Positions 9,175 through 21,551 are shown, counted from the stretch's first letter. The stretch is DNA of 63,349 nucleotides from an uncultured Verrucomicrobiota bacterium (GCA_903880005.1 CAIRNV010000203.1:1-63349); one strand, 5' to 3'. Program-made: numbers and translations. Notes: generated from the sequence alone by a model not told the origin.

Positions 9175-10905
9175 ATGTCATTGTTGCCATTGGGTGAATT
9201 GCCTGCTCATACGCCCCGCCGGTTTCTCCCGAATTCGGTGGACCTGGGGACCTGGGCGGCCTTGGAGCCGCATTTCGACCGATTGGAGGCGGCGGGTCGC
9301 GCCTGTGGCACCGTCGGGGAGCTGGAGCGGTGGCTGGTGGACCTGGGCGAGGTGACGTCCGCCATCGATGAGGAGCGTGCGAGGCGGTACATCGCGATGA
9401 CGTGCCACACGGAGGATCCGGCGGCGGAGAGGGCCTACCTGCAATTCGTGGAGGAAGTGGAGCCCCCGATGAAGCCCCGGATGTTCGCATTGGCGAGGTT
9501 GTACTCGGGGCATCCGCTGCGTGGGTTGCTGGACCCGGCACGCTATGGGGTCCTGGACCGAGCCAAGCTTTTGGAGGTGGAGTTGTTCCGGGAGGAGAAC
9601 GTGGCGTTGGAGACGGAGGAGGCCCGGGTGGCGCAGCAATACCAGAAGCTGACCGGCGGGCTGACGGTTTGGTTTGACGGCGCCGAGCGCACGGTGGCGC
9701 AGATGGGGCGTTACCAGGAGGAGACGGACCGGACGGTGCGTGAGGCGGCATGGCGGGCGGTGGCGGACCGATGGCTGAAGGAGGAGGAGGCCTGCGATGG
9801 GTTGTTCGACACGCTGCGGGGACTGCGTGAGAAGGTGGCGGCGAACGCGGGCTTCGGGGATTACCGGGCGTATGCGTTCAAGGCGCGCGGCCGGTTTGAT
9901 TATGGGCCGGACGACTGCCTGCGGTTTCATGATGCGATCGAGGAGGTGGTGATGCCGGTGGTGCGTCGATTGCAGGGGCGGCGTCGGTCACAGATGGGCC
10001 TGGATGCCTTGAGGCCATGGGACACTGGCGTGGACCCTCTGGGTCGGCCGCCGCTGCACCCGTTCACGGAGACGGCGGAGCTTGAAGAAGGTGGCCAGAG
10101 GATCTTCGACCGACTCGACCCCGTGCTGTCCGGCGAGTTCAGGAGGATGCGGGAGCTTCGGCTGCTGGACTTGGCGAACCGCAAGGGCAAGGCGCCCGGC
10201 GGGTACCAGTACACGCTGAGCGAGGCCCGGCTTCCCTTCATCTTCATGAATGCGGTGGGGTTGCAACGCGACGTGGAGACGTTGCTGCACGAGGCCGGGC
10301 ACGCCTTTCATGCGTTGGCCTCGCGGGACGAGCCGTTGGCGCCGTACCGGGAGTGCCCGATTGAGTTTTGCGAGGTGGCGTCCATGGCGATGGAGCTGCT
10401 GGCGGCCGACAAGCTGGATGAGTTCTACGGCGAGGCGGAGGCGCGGCGGGCGCGGCGGACGCATCTGGAGGGGGTGGTAGGGGTGTTCCCGTGGATTGCG
10501 ACGATCGACGCGTTCCAGCATTGGGCCTACACGAACCCCTCGCATGGGCGGGAGGAGAGGCGCGCGGCGTGGCTGGCGTTGATGGATCGCTTCGGCGGCG
10601 ACGTGGACTGGGCCGGGCTGGAGCCCGTGCGCGGATGCCGTTGGCATCGGCAGCTCCATGTGTTCATCCACCCGTTCTACTACGTCGAGTACGGCATCGC
10701 GCAGTTGGGTGCGTTGCAAGTGTGGGCCAATGCCGGGAAGGACGCCGCCGGGGCCTTGGCGAGATATCGCCAGGCACTGGCGCTGGGAGGCTCCCGGCCA
10801 TTGCCGGAGTTGTTTGCGACGGCGGGCTGCCGATGGGATTTCAGCAAGGAGACGCTCCGGCCGTTGCTGGGCGCGGTGGAGGAGGAGTTGGAACGATTGG
10901 GGTAG
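9175..10905 (+). CDS. M3 family oligoendopeptidase (PepF-like)
   Basis: HEAGH zinc motif, KAPGGYQ, EFCEVASMAME, PFYYVEY; start 9163 or 9175. Confidence 0.9.
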   Translation: MSLLPLGELPAHTPRRFLPNSVDLGTWAALEPHFDRLEAAGRACGTVGELERWLVDLGEVTSAIDEERARRYIAMTCHTEDPAAERAYLQFVEEVEPPMKPRMFALARLYSGHPLRGLLDPARYGVLDRAKLLEVELFREENVALETEEARVAQQYQKLTGGLTVWFDGAERTVAQMGRYQEETDRTVREAAWRAVADRWLKEEEACDGLFDTLRGLREKVAANAGFGDYRAYAFKARGRFDYGPDDCLRFHDAIEEVVMPVVRRLQGRRRSQMGLDALRPWDTGVDPLGRPPLHPFTETAELEEGGQRIFDRLDPVLSGEFRRMRELRLLDLANRKGKAPGGYQYTLSEARLPFIFMNAVGLQRDVETLLHEAGHAFHALASRDEPLAPYRECPIEFCEVASMAMELLAADKLDEFYGEAEARRARRTHLEGVVGVFPWIATIDAFQHWAYTNPSHGREERRAAWLALMDRFGGDVDWAGLEPVRGCRWHRQLHVFIHPFYYVEYGIAQLGALQVWANAGKDAAGALARYRQALALGGSRPLPELFATAGCRWDFSKETLRPLLGAVEEELERLG

Positions 10906-10908
10906 GGG

Positions 10909-11616
10909 ATGGCCATGGGAGAGGGGCAAGGGAAGGTGGGGGATAGCCGGGAATTGCGGCCCGTGGACGGGGTGCAACGGGAGGTCACGTTGGCGTTGAT
11001 CGCGCTGAACGTGTTCGTGTTCCTAATTGAGCCGGCGGTGCGGGATGCCTCGCGGGGTTGGTTTGAAGCGCGGTATTCGTTGGCGGTCTCGGGGTTGAAG
11101 GCCGGCTACTGGTGGCAGTTGGTGACCTTCCAGTTCCTCCACGGCAACTGGCTGCACCTGGGCACCAACCTGGTGTTGTTGCATTCGATGGGCCCGGTGC
11201 TGGAGACGTCCCTGGGGCGTCGTCGATACCTGTTGCTGTACATGGGTTCTGGGGCGCTGGGCGGTTTGGTGCAGATCGGGGCGGCCTTCGCGTGGCCCTC
11301 GCATTTCAGCCATGCCGTGGTGGGGGCGTCGGCGGGGTTGTGCGGGTTGCTGGGCGCGCTCGGCTACCTCTACGCGGACGACGTGGTTCGCGGGTTGTTG
11401 TTCTTCGTCATCCCGTTTCGCGTGAAGGCCAAGGTGATGCTGCTGCTGGCCGGCGTGATCTCGATGGTGGGAACGGTGCTTCCCTTTGGCCGGGTGGCGC
11501 ACTTTGCCCACCTGGGTGGGTTGGTGGGAGGGTTGCTGCTGTTGCAGGTCATGCGCGTGAAGGCGACCTCGCTGGCGGGCGACGACGGCGAGGAGCCCAG
11601 GCCGGGGAACACCTGA
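10909..11616 (+). CDS. Rhomboid family intramembrane serine protease
   Basis: WWQLVTFQFLHGNWLHLGTN, GASAG (catalytic Ser), AHFAHLGG (catalytic His), multiple TM segments. Confidence 0.9.
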   Translation: MAMGEGQGKVGDSRELRPVDGVQREVTLALIALNVFVFLIEPAVRDASRGWFEARYSLAVSGLKAGYWWQLVTFQFLHGNWLHLGTNLVLLHSMGPVLETSLGRRRYLLLYMGSGALGGLVQIGAAFAWPSHFSHAVVGASAGLCGLLGALGYLYADDVVRGLLFFVIPFRVKAKVMLLLAGVISMVGTVLPFGRVAHFAHLGGLVGGLLLLQVMRVKATSLAGDDGEEPRPGNT

Positions 11617-11640
11617 CGGGGCGTGGGAAAGGAGGCGTGG

Positions 11641-12468
11641 ATGGCCGGCATGATGGACGGAAAGGTGGTGGTGATCATCGGGGGCACGTCGGGCCTTGGC
11701 CTGTCGGCGGCGGGTGCGTGCGTGGCGGCGGGGGCGAGGGTGGTGGTCACGGGCCGGGATGCGGCCAAGGTCAGGTCGGTGGAGCAGGCCTTGGGTGACG
11801 CCGTAAGGGGCGTTGTGGGCGATGCGCGCGAGCCGGGTGCGGCGGAGGCGGCGATCGAGGCGGGCCGGACCGCGTGGGGACGCTTCGACGGGCTTTATCA
11901 CGTGGCGGGCGGCAGCGGGCGGCGGCATGGGGACGGGCCGTTGCACGCGCTGACGGATGACGGTTGGGCACGGACGCTGGAGTGGAACCTGGGTTCGGTG
12001 TTCCTGAGCAATCGAGCGGCGGCGCGGGCGCTTCGCGAATCCGGCCACGGCGGGTCCGTGGTGAACTGCGGGTCGGTGCTGGGTTGGTCGCCGTCGCCAC
12101 GCCACTTCTCCACGCATGCCTATGCGGCCGCAAAGGCGGGCATCATTGGGCTGACGCGTGCGGCGGCGGCGACGTATGCGCCGGATTCGATTCGGTTCAA
12201 CGTGGTGGCCCCTGGATTGGTGGCGACGCCGATGTCGGCGAGGGCGCAGGCGGACGAGGAGATCCAGGGGTACATCCGAGGCAAGCAGCCCTTGGACGGG
12301 GGGCGCATGGGCCAACCGGAGGACTTGGACGGCGTGGTCACGTGGTTGCTGTCGGACGCGGCGCGGTTTGTGACGGGGCAGGTGATTGCGGTGGATGGCG
12401 GTTGGGGGGTCAGCGACGGGGGCGGGCTGCCCGGATTGTCGGGTGGCATGGGGCGGTCAAGCGGGTAG
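11641..12468 (+). CDS. SDR family oxidoreductase
   Basis: GGTSGLG, YAAAK, NVVAPG, VTGQVIAVDGG. Confidence 0.9.
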   Translation: MAGMMDGKVVVIIGGTSGLGLSAAGACVAAGARVVVTGRDAAKVRSVEQALGDAVRGVVGDAREPGAAEAAIEAGRTAWGRFDGLYHVAGGSGRRHGDGPLHALTDDGWARTLEWNLGSVFLSNRAAARALRESGHGGSVVNCGSVLGWSPSPRHFSTHAYAAAKAGIIGLTRAAAATYAPDSIRFNVVAPGLVATPMSARAQADEEIQGYIRGKQPLDGGRMGQPEDLDGVVTWLLSDAARFVTGQVIAVDGGWGVSDGGGLPGLSGGMGRSSG

Positions 12469-12480
12469 GCTTTGCCGAGC

Positions 12481-14550
<2,070 letters not shown>

Positions 14551-14595
14551 AGCGGGGCCCCTTGCGATGGGCGCCCCGGCGGAGGGCATCCCTCA

Positions 14596-14760
14596 GCCGG
14601 GACGATGCAGTTGGGAGGGGAGTGATGGCGCCGCAGATTCTTTCGCAAGACGAGGAGTGAGCGAGGCGCGGGCCAGTGCCAGGCCCGTAACGAGCGAAGG
14701 ACGAAGCTCTTGCGAAAGAAGATCCAGCAAGCACGACCGACCCAAGTGAATCGTTCCGGC
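14596..14760. mobile_element. 165-bp MITE (family B) with TCA target-site duplication
   Basis: TIRs GCCGGGACGATGCAGTTGG / CCAAGTGAATCGTTCCGGC; TCA at 14593-14595 and 14761-14763. Confidence 0.88.
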
Positions 14761-16326
14761 TCAGGGGTTCGCCGCGCCCAGCTTGCGGCGCAGCACGGAG
14801 ACCAGCTCGTGGGCTTGGGGGACTCCGGTCCGAAGGCTGGCGACCAGGTAGGCGGCCAACGCGATCACGGCCGGGACGAAGACGGCGCCGGCCTGCCGTG
14901 CCTTGCCTTCATGGCCGACGGCCGATTCCCACGCCGCGTGACAGCCCCATCCCACGACCCCCGCCATGGCCGCGAGGGCGCCGATGCGGGCGACCGACGG
15001 CGACAGGTGCCGCAGGTCGAACTTCGGCACCTTGCGCGTGAAGGCGTAGAGCAACAGGGCGACGTTGATGATGGCGGTGGCCGCGTTGGCGGCGGCGAGG
15101 CCCGCCTGCTGGAAGGGAAACGCGAGGACGAAGGCGAGCACCACGTTGGTCCCGAGGCAGAACATGCCCACGCGCATCGGGGTGCGGGTGTCGTCGAGGG
15201 CGTAGAAGGCGCGCGAGACGATCCCGGTCAGCGACGTGGCGAGCAGGCCGGGGGCCAGGTAGCGGAGGGCCATCGCCGCCCGCGCCGTGGCCAGCGGCGT
15301 GAAGCGCCCGTGCTCGAACAGCAATCGCACGATGGGCTCCGCCAGGACGATGAGGAGGACCGAGGCCAATCCATTCAGGAAGCACAGGTGCAGCATGCCC
15401 TCGCCGACCATGCGACGGAACTCGGGGTACTTCTTGTCCGCCGCGTGGCGGCTCAGCTCGGTGAGCAAGTAGGTGGCGACCGACACGCCAATGACACCCT
15501 GGGGCAGTTCCAGTAGGCGCACGGCGTAATTGTACGAAGCCAGCACGTGGTCGGCTTGCGACATGCCGATGATCTGCGTGGCCATGACGTTGAACTGGTA
15601 GGCGGCCACCCCCAACGTCGCCGGCATCAACCGCTGGAATGACTCCCGCACGGTCGGGTCCTTCCAGGGGTTCCCCCATGTGAATCGGAACCCCTCACGT
15701 CGCAGGGCGGGCCACTGGAAGGCGGCTTGGGCGATGCCCGCGATGATGACGCCCACGGCCAAGCCCATGACTTGTTGCTCCAACGTCGTCCCAAACAACG
15801 GGGCGAGCCCGTACACCGAGCCGATCATGACGAGGCTCATCGTGGCGGAGCCCAGCGCGGGCACGAAGTAATGGCCGCGCGCGTTGAGCATGGCCATGAA
15901 CACCGCCGCCACGCACATGAAGGCCGCGTAGGGAAGCATCCACCGCAGGAGCCTCAGCATCAGCTCGCGCTGCAACGGCATGGGCACCCATTCCACCATG
16001 ACCGTGGCCAACAACGTGATCAGCACGACGCCCGCCGTGCACAACCCGGCCACGGCCAGGGTCACCGCCGCGCCGCCGCGCATGGCCGCCTCCCGCCCGG
16101 CCTCCCGCTCGCGTCGCGCGAACGCGGGCACGAACACCGCCGTCAGGGCACCCTCGCCCAGCAGGCGCCGGAAAAGGTTTGGGATGGTGAACGCGGCCAC
16201 GAACGCGCTCGCCACCGCCGTGTCGCCGTAGAAACCGGCGTAGGCGGTCTCACGCAGGAATCCCAGCACGCGGCTCGCCATCGTCGCCGCCGCCGCCGCC
16301 CCTGCCGCCTTGATGAGCTTCGACAT
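14761..16326 (-). CDS. murJ: Lipid II flippase MurJ (MviN)
   Basis: SRVLGFLRE, AFTIPNLFRRLLGEGAL, RLLELPQG, AFYALDDTRTPM; about 14 TM segments. Confidence 0.96.
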   Translation of the reverse strand: MSKLIKAAGAAAAATMASRVLGFLRETAYAGFYGDTAVASAFVAAFTIPNLFRRLLGEGALTAVFVPAFARREREAGREAAMRGGAAVTLAVAGLCTAGVVLITLLATVMVEWVPMPLQRELMLRLLRWMLPYAAFMCVAAVFMAMLNARGHYFVPALGSATMSLVMIGSVYGLAPLFGTTLEQQVMGLAVGVIIAGIAQAAFQWPALRREGFRFTWGNPWKDPTVRESFQRLMPATLGVAAYQFNVMATQIIGMSQADHVLASYNYAVRLLELPQGVIGVSVATYLLTELSRHAADKKYPEFRRMVGEGMLHLCFLNGLASVLLIVLAEPIVRLLFEHGRFTPLATARAAMALRYLAPGLLATSLTGIVSRAFYALDDTRTPMRVGMFCLGTNVVLAFVLAFPFQQAGLAAANAATAIINVALLLYAFTRKVPKFDLRHLSPSVARIGALAAMAGVVGWGCHAAWESAVGHEGKARQAGAVFVPAVIALAAYLVASLRTGVPQAHELVSVLRRKLGAANP

Positions 16327-16416
16327 CGTCGGGGGCAGGATGCGGTTGGGTCGCGGTGCTTCCCAGTTCCAACTTGTTCCTTTTCACCGGGGCGCATCCG
16401 CGCATGATGTGGCGTC

Positions 16417-16833
16417 ATGCGCATGGTTCGTTTCCTTTCCCTGGCTTGGGTGCTCGTCCTGACGTTGATGCCCGTGGTGCGCGCGGAGGAAAACGTCCGG
16501 TCGGATGGCAAGCCGGCGTTCGCCAACCTCGATGTCCCGCAGTTTGAGAAGCTGCGTGCCGACACCAACCACGTGGTGCTCGACGTCCGCACCAAGGCGG
16601 AGTTCGACCTCGCCCACATCCCCGGGGCGACCAACCTGGACGTCAACGGGCCCGACTTCGAGCAGCAGGTCGGGAAGCTCGATCGTTCCAAGGTGTACCT
16701 GGTGCATTGCGCATCGGGCATCCGCAGCATGAAGGCGTGCAACATGATGAGGCCGCTGGGTTTCACCAACCTGCACAACCTCCAGGGCGGCTTCCGCGCA
16801 TGGGACAAGGCGCAGCGAGCCGGCAAGAAGTAG
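16417..16833 (+). CDS. Exported single-domain rhodanese-like protein
   Basis: Signal peptide, LDVRT..EF...HIPGA, active-site loop CASGIRS, NLQGG. Confidence 0.85.
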   Translation: MRMVRFLSLAWVLVLTLMPVVRAEENVRSDGKPAFANLDVPQFEKLRADTNHVVLDVRTKAEFDLAHIPGATNLDVNGPDFEQQVGKLDRSKVYLVHCASGIRSMKACNMMRPLGFTNLHNLQGGFRAWDKAQRAGKK

Positions 16834-16880
16834 CCGCTGGTCGTCCGCCTCCCCCACCGCCCTTCAATCCACGCCGAGCC

Positions 16881-17339
16881 ATGACCGTGGAAGAACGACT
16901 TGCGCAGGCCGGCCTGGTGCTGCCCTCGCCGCCCCCGGCCGTGGCCTCGTACGAGCCGTGGACCCGGGCAGGGGAGTGGGTCTTCACGTCGGGACAATTG
17001 CCCTGGCGGGACGGCGTGATGGCCTATGCCGGTCGGCTGGGTGCGGAATTGGACGTGGATCAAGGCTACCAGGCGGCCCGGTTGTGCGCCCTCAATGCGT
17101 TGGCCCAGGTCAAGGCGGCCGCGGGCTCGCTGGACCGAGTCGTCCAGTTGGTCCGGGTCGAGGGCTACATCCACTGCGCCCCGGGCTTCCGCGGGCATCC
17201 CCAGGTGCTGAATGGCGCCTCCGACCTCTTCAATGCCGTGCTGGGCGACGCCGGCCGCCATGCCCGCCTCGCCGTGGGCATCGCGGACATGCCGTTGGGC
17301 GCGGCCGTGCAGGTGATGGTGACCGCGCGGGTTCGATGA
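16881..17339 (+). CDS. RidA/YjgF family protein
   Basis: FTSGQLP, LNGASDL, GRHARLAVG..DMPLGAAV. Confidence 0.88.
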   Translation: MTVEERLAQAGLVLPSPPPAVASYEPWTRAGEWVFTSGQLPWRDGVMAYAGRLGAELDVDQGYQAARLCALNALAQVKAAAGSLDRVVQLVRVEGYIHCAPGFRGHPQVLNGASDLFNAVLGDAGRHARLAVGIADMPLGAAVQVMVTARVR

Positions 17340-17434
17340 GGCCCCGCCGGAGACCGTCGGTTCGACAGGAGGGCTCCCGTCGCGTGCGGGCCGCCGTGGT
17401 GAATCATTCTGGGCTGGGGGAGTCGGAAGCAAAC

Positions 17435-18724
17435 ATGAGAAGACAAGGCATGAGGACCGTGGCGTGGGTCATGGGGGCGGTTGCAACCTTGCTGGCCTCC
17501 GTGGCGGGTTGGTGCGCGGAACCCGAGAAGGATGCGGTCCTGCGTGAGGGGAGGCCCGGCGTTGCGGCAAGGGGCTTCCACGCATCCCCGGGGGGCGCGG
17601 GCCATCGCCTGACGCTGACCAACGGGGACGTCCGGGTTCCGTTGGTTGTGGTTCGCGGCAATTCGAGGCAAATGGGCTGGCATCTTGGGCGCCTGATGAA
17701 GGACGAGATGGCGCGCCTGGTGCCTGCCGCGGTGGCGGGCTTCAAGGCTGAGCTCAAGGTGGACGACGCGGTGCTGGACCATGCATGGGCCGCGACGGCG
17801 GCCCACACGGACGCCCGATTGCTGCATCAGCTCGTGGGGTTGGCCGAGGGCAGCGGCATCGACGTCCGGTTGCTGCAGCACGTGCATTGCCTGCCGCTCC
17901 TGATGCCGTACTCGTGCAGCAGCATCGCGGCCTGGGGGCAGGCGACCCAGGACGGCCACCTTTACCAGACCCGCAACCTGGACTGGTCGTTGCGTGCCGG
18001 GGCCCACGAGTTCCCGGTGGTGGTCGTGTACGTGCCGGAGTGGGGGCAGCCGCATGTGACGCCTTCGTTCGCGGGCTTCATCGGGGCGCACTGCGGGATG
18101 AACGCGGCGGGCATCGTGCTGTCGGAGATCGGGGACGCGTCGGCGAAGGAGATGCCGTATGACATCCACGCGCCGCATTTCACGGCGTGGTTCAGGACCT
18201 TGCTGTTCGATGCCACGACGCTCTCGGAGGCAGTTTCGGGCTTTCACCGTGTCCGGCCGACCAAGCGTTACCATTTCGTGTTCGGCGACGGCCTGACGGA
18301 GCGGCGCGCGGTCAAGGTCCGGGCGCATACGGGGCCGGGGCTCGCGGCGCCGCAGGTCGATGAGTGGCGCGACAACGACCCCCGGGACGAGCTCGCGCCC
18401 GCTGTCGTGTCGTGCGCCGTGTACCATGACGAGGGCCGTGGCGTGTTCCCGGGCTTGAAGGCGGGCCTGGGCAAGCTCGACGGGGATCGCATGATCGCGT
18501 TGGCCAACAGCATTCCGATCAAGGGGGGCAACGTCATGAACGCCGTGTTCGACGCGACGGGCCTGCGTTTGTGGGTGAGCTACGCCGGGGGATCCCATGA
18601 GGCCTACCAGCGCCCGTATGTGCACCTGGACCTATCGCGGTTGGATGCCGACGCAGACGGGCGTCCTGATTTCCAGAGGCACCGCCCGAGCTCGGTCCCG
18701 CTGGTGCCCGAAACGCGACCTTGA
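17435..18724 (+). CDS. Exported C45 family autoproteolytic acyltransferase/hydrolase (Ntn fold)
   Basis: Signal peptide; CSSIAAWG..TQDGHLYQTRNLDW, GMNAAGI. Confidence 0.8.
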   Translation: MRRQGMRTVAWVMGAVATLLASVAGWCAEPEKDAVLREGRPGVAARGFHASPGGAGHRLTLTNGDVRVPLVVVRGNSRQMGWHLGRLMKDEMARLVPAAVAGFKAELKVDDAVLDHAWAATAAHTDARLLHQLVGLAEGSGIDVRLLQHVHCLPLLMPYSCSSIAAWGQATQDGHLYQTRNLDWSLRAGAHEFPVVVVYVPEWGQPHVTPSFAGFIGAHCGMNAAGIVLSEIGDASAKEMPYDIHAPHFTAWFRTLLFDATTLSEAVSGFHRVRPTKRYHFVFGDGLTERRAVKVRAHTGPGLAAPQVDEWRDNDPRDELAPAVVSCAVYHDEGRGVFPGLKAGLGKLDGDRMIALANSIPIKGGNVMNAVFDATGLRLWVSYAGGSHEAYQRPYVHLDLSRLDADADGRPDFQRHRPSSVPLVPETRP

Positions 18725-18762
18725 ATCTCGGTGGGGCTTTGGCAGCCTTTGCCAAGAAGCGC

Positions 18763-18837
18763 GCCAGCTTAGCTCAGCGGTAGAGCGGCAGTTTTGTAAA
18801 CTGCGGGTCGTCGGTTCAATCCCGACAGCTGGCTCCA
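18763..18837 (+). tRNA. tRNA-Thr(TGT)
   Basis: GCCAGCTTAGCTCAGCGGTAGAGC..GCAGT-TTTGTAA-ACTGC..GGTTCAATCCC..AGCTGGCTCCA; 75 nt. Confidence 0.97.
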
Positions 18838-18928
18838 GCCCCCCAAGCCAAATGGCTAGCCAAATATCGTCGGCCCTCCGTGCTGATTTTGGTTTGCACA
18901 GGACGCCGTCCTTGGGATTTCCTCCGGC

Positions 18929-19879
18929 GTGCGACGCAATTCTGGAGAGGGTGGCTGGTCCAAGTACCTTCGCGGCCCCTACGTGCTGGCATTTCTGGTC
19001 TTGGTCTTCTGCGTGCTGTTCGTCGGGCAGATGGGTTTCTTCAAGAAGGCCCCCACGACGAACAACCCGCCGGTCTTGTCCGTCCAGCCGGCGGTGGCGC
19101 CGACCAACCAGAGCTCCCAGGGTGGGGCGACGGCCGAAGACGAATTGAGGCAGGCCCACGCCTTGGCGAAGAGCCTCGGGGCCTCCATGGACGCCCTTCA
19201 GTCACGGCACAAGGCCCTCTCGGTGGAGGCCGTGCGCTTGTCGAATTTGCTGACGTCCGTGACCCAAAGCTCCGAGGCCTTTCGCAAGCAGGCTGCGGCC
19301 TCGTTGGAGGAGGCCAAGGCCGAGTTGTTGGCCCGGTCGAAGCGCATCGAGACGCTGGAGCGAGAGCTGGGAGCCTTGAACCAGCAATTGCGAGACTTGG
19401 GCGAGCGCATCGCGCGCCAAGATGCTCGCATTGCGGAAACCGAGCGCCGCGCGGCGACCTCCGAGGAGGCGCGGGTGGCCCTTCGCGCGTCATTGGAATC
19501 GATGCAGGCCGAGAAGCGCGAGTTGGAAAGCCGGTACCGGACCAAGGAATCCATGGTCGCCCAGGTCACCAAGCTCCGGAACGGCGAGGTTGCGGCACGG
19601 GACTCCTTGCTGCGTCGCAGTTGGCTGGGAAGCCTGGGATCCAAGGGCGCCTCCAAGGGGGCGAAGGCCAACACCCCCAAGCCCTCCCCCGGGACCGTGA
19701 AGAGCACCAAGCCCAGGGTGGAGGTTGCGGATGTCGCCTCGCCGCGCGCCAAGGCAAACCAGCCCGCGGTCGGGATCAGGAGTTCCGCTGTCGTGCCGCC
19801 CTCGGACCGCCTCAACGTGAGAACCAACGTCCCGACCACTGTGCGGCCGGGTGGTGGCGCGGAAAGACGGGGGCGATAG
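18929..19879 (+). CDS. Hypothetical membrane-anchored coiled-coil protein
   Basis: One N-terminal TM segment, long heptad-rich helix, basic Pro-rich tail; GTG start uncertain. Confidence 0.7.
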   Translation: MRRNSGEGGWSKYLRGPYVLAFLVLVFCVLFVGQMGFFKKAPTTNNPPVLSVQPAVAPTNQSSQGGATAEDELRQAHALAKSLGASMDALQSRHKALSVEAVRLSNLLTSVTQSSEAFRKQAAASLEEAKAELLARSKRIETLERELGALNQQLRDLGERIARQDARIAETERRAATSEEARVALRASLESMQAEKRELESRYRTKESMVAQVTKLRNGEVAARDSLLRRSWLGSLGSKGASKGAKANTPKPSPGTVKSTKPRVEVADVASPRAKANQPAVGIRSSAVVPPSDRLNVRTNVPTTVRPGGGAERRGR

Positions 19880-20059
19880 CGAAACAGCGGGCCCCGGCAG
19901 GGTTTGCGGACGACGGTGCGCTTCCCGCGCCTGGGTATCCTGGCTGAACAGGGCACGGGATCGCGAAATCTTGCCGTCGCGCCGAATGCTGCGGGCTCTG
20001 CTGTAGTCCGCAGTCCCTCACGCCGAGGCTAGATGGGCCCTGCTGGCTCGATTTTCTTG

Positions 20060-20175
20060 GCCGGGACGATGCAGTTGGATCGGTCGTGCTTGCTGGATCT
20101 TCTTCCGCAAGAGCTTCGTCCTTCGCTCGTAACGGCCCCGGTACTGGCCCGCGCCTCGCTCACTCCTCGTCTTGC
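20060..20175. mobile_element. Truncated family B MITE
   Basis: GCCGGGACGATGCAGTTGGATCGGTCGTGCTTGCTGGATCT...CCTCGCTCACTCCTCGTCTTGC; second TIR absent. Confidence 0.85.
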
Positions 20176-20201
20176 TTCAGGCTTCAACCCCTCCCGCAGG
20201 A

Positions 20202-21359
20202 CTAGAGGGTTTCCTGGTACAATTGCCGGAAATCCGACTCCGTGACCGGCACGGCATTGGTCTTGTGGCACGGGTCCTCCAGCGCCTGGCCGACCAAGTC
20301 TTCCAGCCGCGACGGATCCGCACCGTGGTCGCGGAGGCGTCCCTTCAATCCAATCCCGGCGAGAAAGTCGGCGATGAACCGGATGGTGGCCGCGTCGGAC
20401 TCGGCGTCGGGCATGGTCGCAACGGGAAGGCCACAGGCCGTTCCAACCCTCCGGTACAAGCCCGGCTTGCGTGCGGCGCAAAATCGCATGCCGGCCGTCA
20501 GGCACAGCGCGTTGGCGAGCCCGTGGTGCATGCCGAACAACGTGGATAATGGGTGCGCCATGGAATGGACGACGCCCAGGTCCTTTTGGAAGGCCACCGC
20601 GCCCATTGCCGCCGCCACGAGCATCCTCCCCCGAGCGTCCAGGTCCTTGCCGTCCCGGACGGCCCTCGGCAGCGCCTCGATCACCAGCGAGATTCCCTCC
20701 AGGGCAATCCCGTCGCACATCGGGTGAAACGCCGGGCACGTGTAGCTTTCGATGCAATGCGTGAGGGCATCCGCGCCCGTGGCGGCCGTCAGGTGCGGCG
20801 GCAGGCCCACCGTCATTTCCGGGTCGAGGATCACCAGCTTCGCCATGAGTTCCGGATGGAACAGCACCGCCTTGCGTCGCGTGGCATCCAGCGTGATCAC
20901 CGAGCTCCGGCCCACCTCGCTCCCCGTGCCTGCCGTCGTGGGGATGGCCACCAGGGGGGCCAGGCCCGTCCAGTCGTGCGGCACCTCGTAGAAGCGAGCC
21001 AGGTCGGCCCACGGATTCTTTGCCAGCAACCGCGCCGCCTTGCCCGCATCGAGAGGGCTCCCGCCGCCGATGGCGATGACGCCGTCACAGGCCTTCTCCC
21101 TCATGATCGACGCGGGGATGCGAACGTCCTCCTCGATGGGGTTTGGGTGGACGCCATCAAACACGAACCAGTCGCGACCGCGTCCCGAGGGTCCAAGCAC
21201 CGACTCCAGAAGCCCGAAGGCGGGCGTGCGGGCCAGGCCGGCGTCGGTGACGACCAGGGGGCGTCGCACGCCGAGCCGGGCCAGGTGAGAGGGCAATTCG
21301 CGGAGGGCACCGGCGCCGAAGCGCGTGGGCGTGGGGAATGAGAATCCAATGACGGACAT
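20202..21359 (-). CDS. Iron-containing alcohol dehydrogenase
   Basis: GGGSPLD, IPTTAGTGSE, DALTHCIE, HSMAH, HHG. Confidence 0.93.
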   Translation of the reverse strand: MSVIGFSFPTPTRFGAGALRELPSHLARLGVRRPLVVTDAGLARTPAFGLLESVLGPSGRGRDWFVFDGVHPNPIEEDVRIPASIMREKACDGVIAIGGGSPLDAGKAARLLAKNPWADLARFYEVPHDWTGLAPLVAIPTTAGTGSEVGRSSVITLDATRRKAVLFHPELMAKLVILDPEMTVGLPPHLTAATGADALTHCIESYTCPAFHPMCDGIALEGISLVIEALPRAVRDGKDLDARGRMLVAAAMGAVAFQKDLGVVHSMAHPLSTLFGMHHGLANALCLTAGMRFCAARKPGLYRRVGTACGLPVATMPDAESDAATIRFIADFLAGIGLKGRLRDHGADPSRLEDLVGQALEDPCHKTNAVPVTESDFRQLYQETL

Positions 21360-21430
21360 GATGGGCCAAGGTTGGCCCGACGGGCCATCGGCGGCCAACC
21401 ATGAAACGTGGCGGGAAGTGCGGCGGGGAG

Positions 21431-21498
21431 CTGACCGGTCCCGCAGGGCAGGAGCATGGAGTGGCGGCCGGGGACGGCCGCGCTCCCAGGGTTGAGCG
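21431..21498 (+). repeat. Family A element, core only (REP-like hairpin, no TIRs)
   Basis: CTGACCGGTCCCGC...GGAGCATGGAGTGGCGGCCGGGGACGGCCGCGCTCCCAGGGTTGAGCG, near-identical to 9003-9068. Confidence 0.85.
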
Positions 21499-21551
21499 AC
21501 GCAACGCCGGGCTCGCCAGCCGAGCCGGCCCGCAGGCATGATTCGCCCACG

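Noticed and set aside
14567-14749. Small ORFs reading through the MITEs (e.g. ...SSKHDR..., ...GSAAVPGR...)
   Set aside because: These recurring peptides are translations of the repeat DNA, not evidence of a protein family
18763-20200. Genomic island integrated at tRNA-Thr or tRNA-Phe
   Set aside because: No integrase, no duplicated tRNA 3' end seen, and the flanking genes look like core genes
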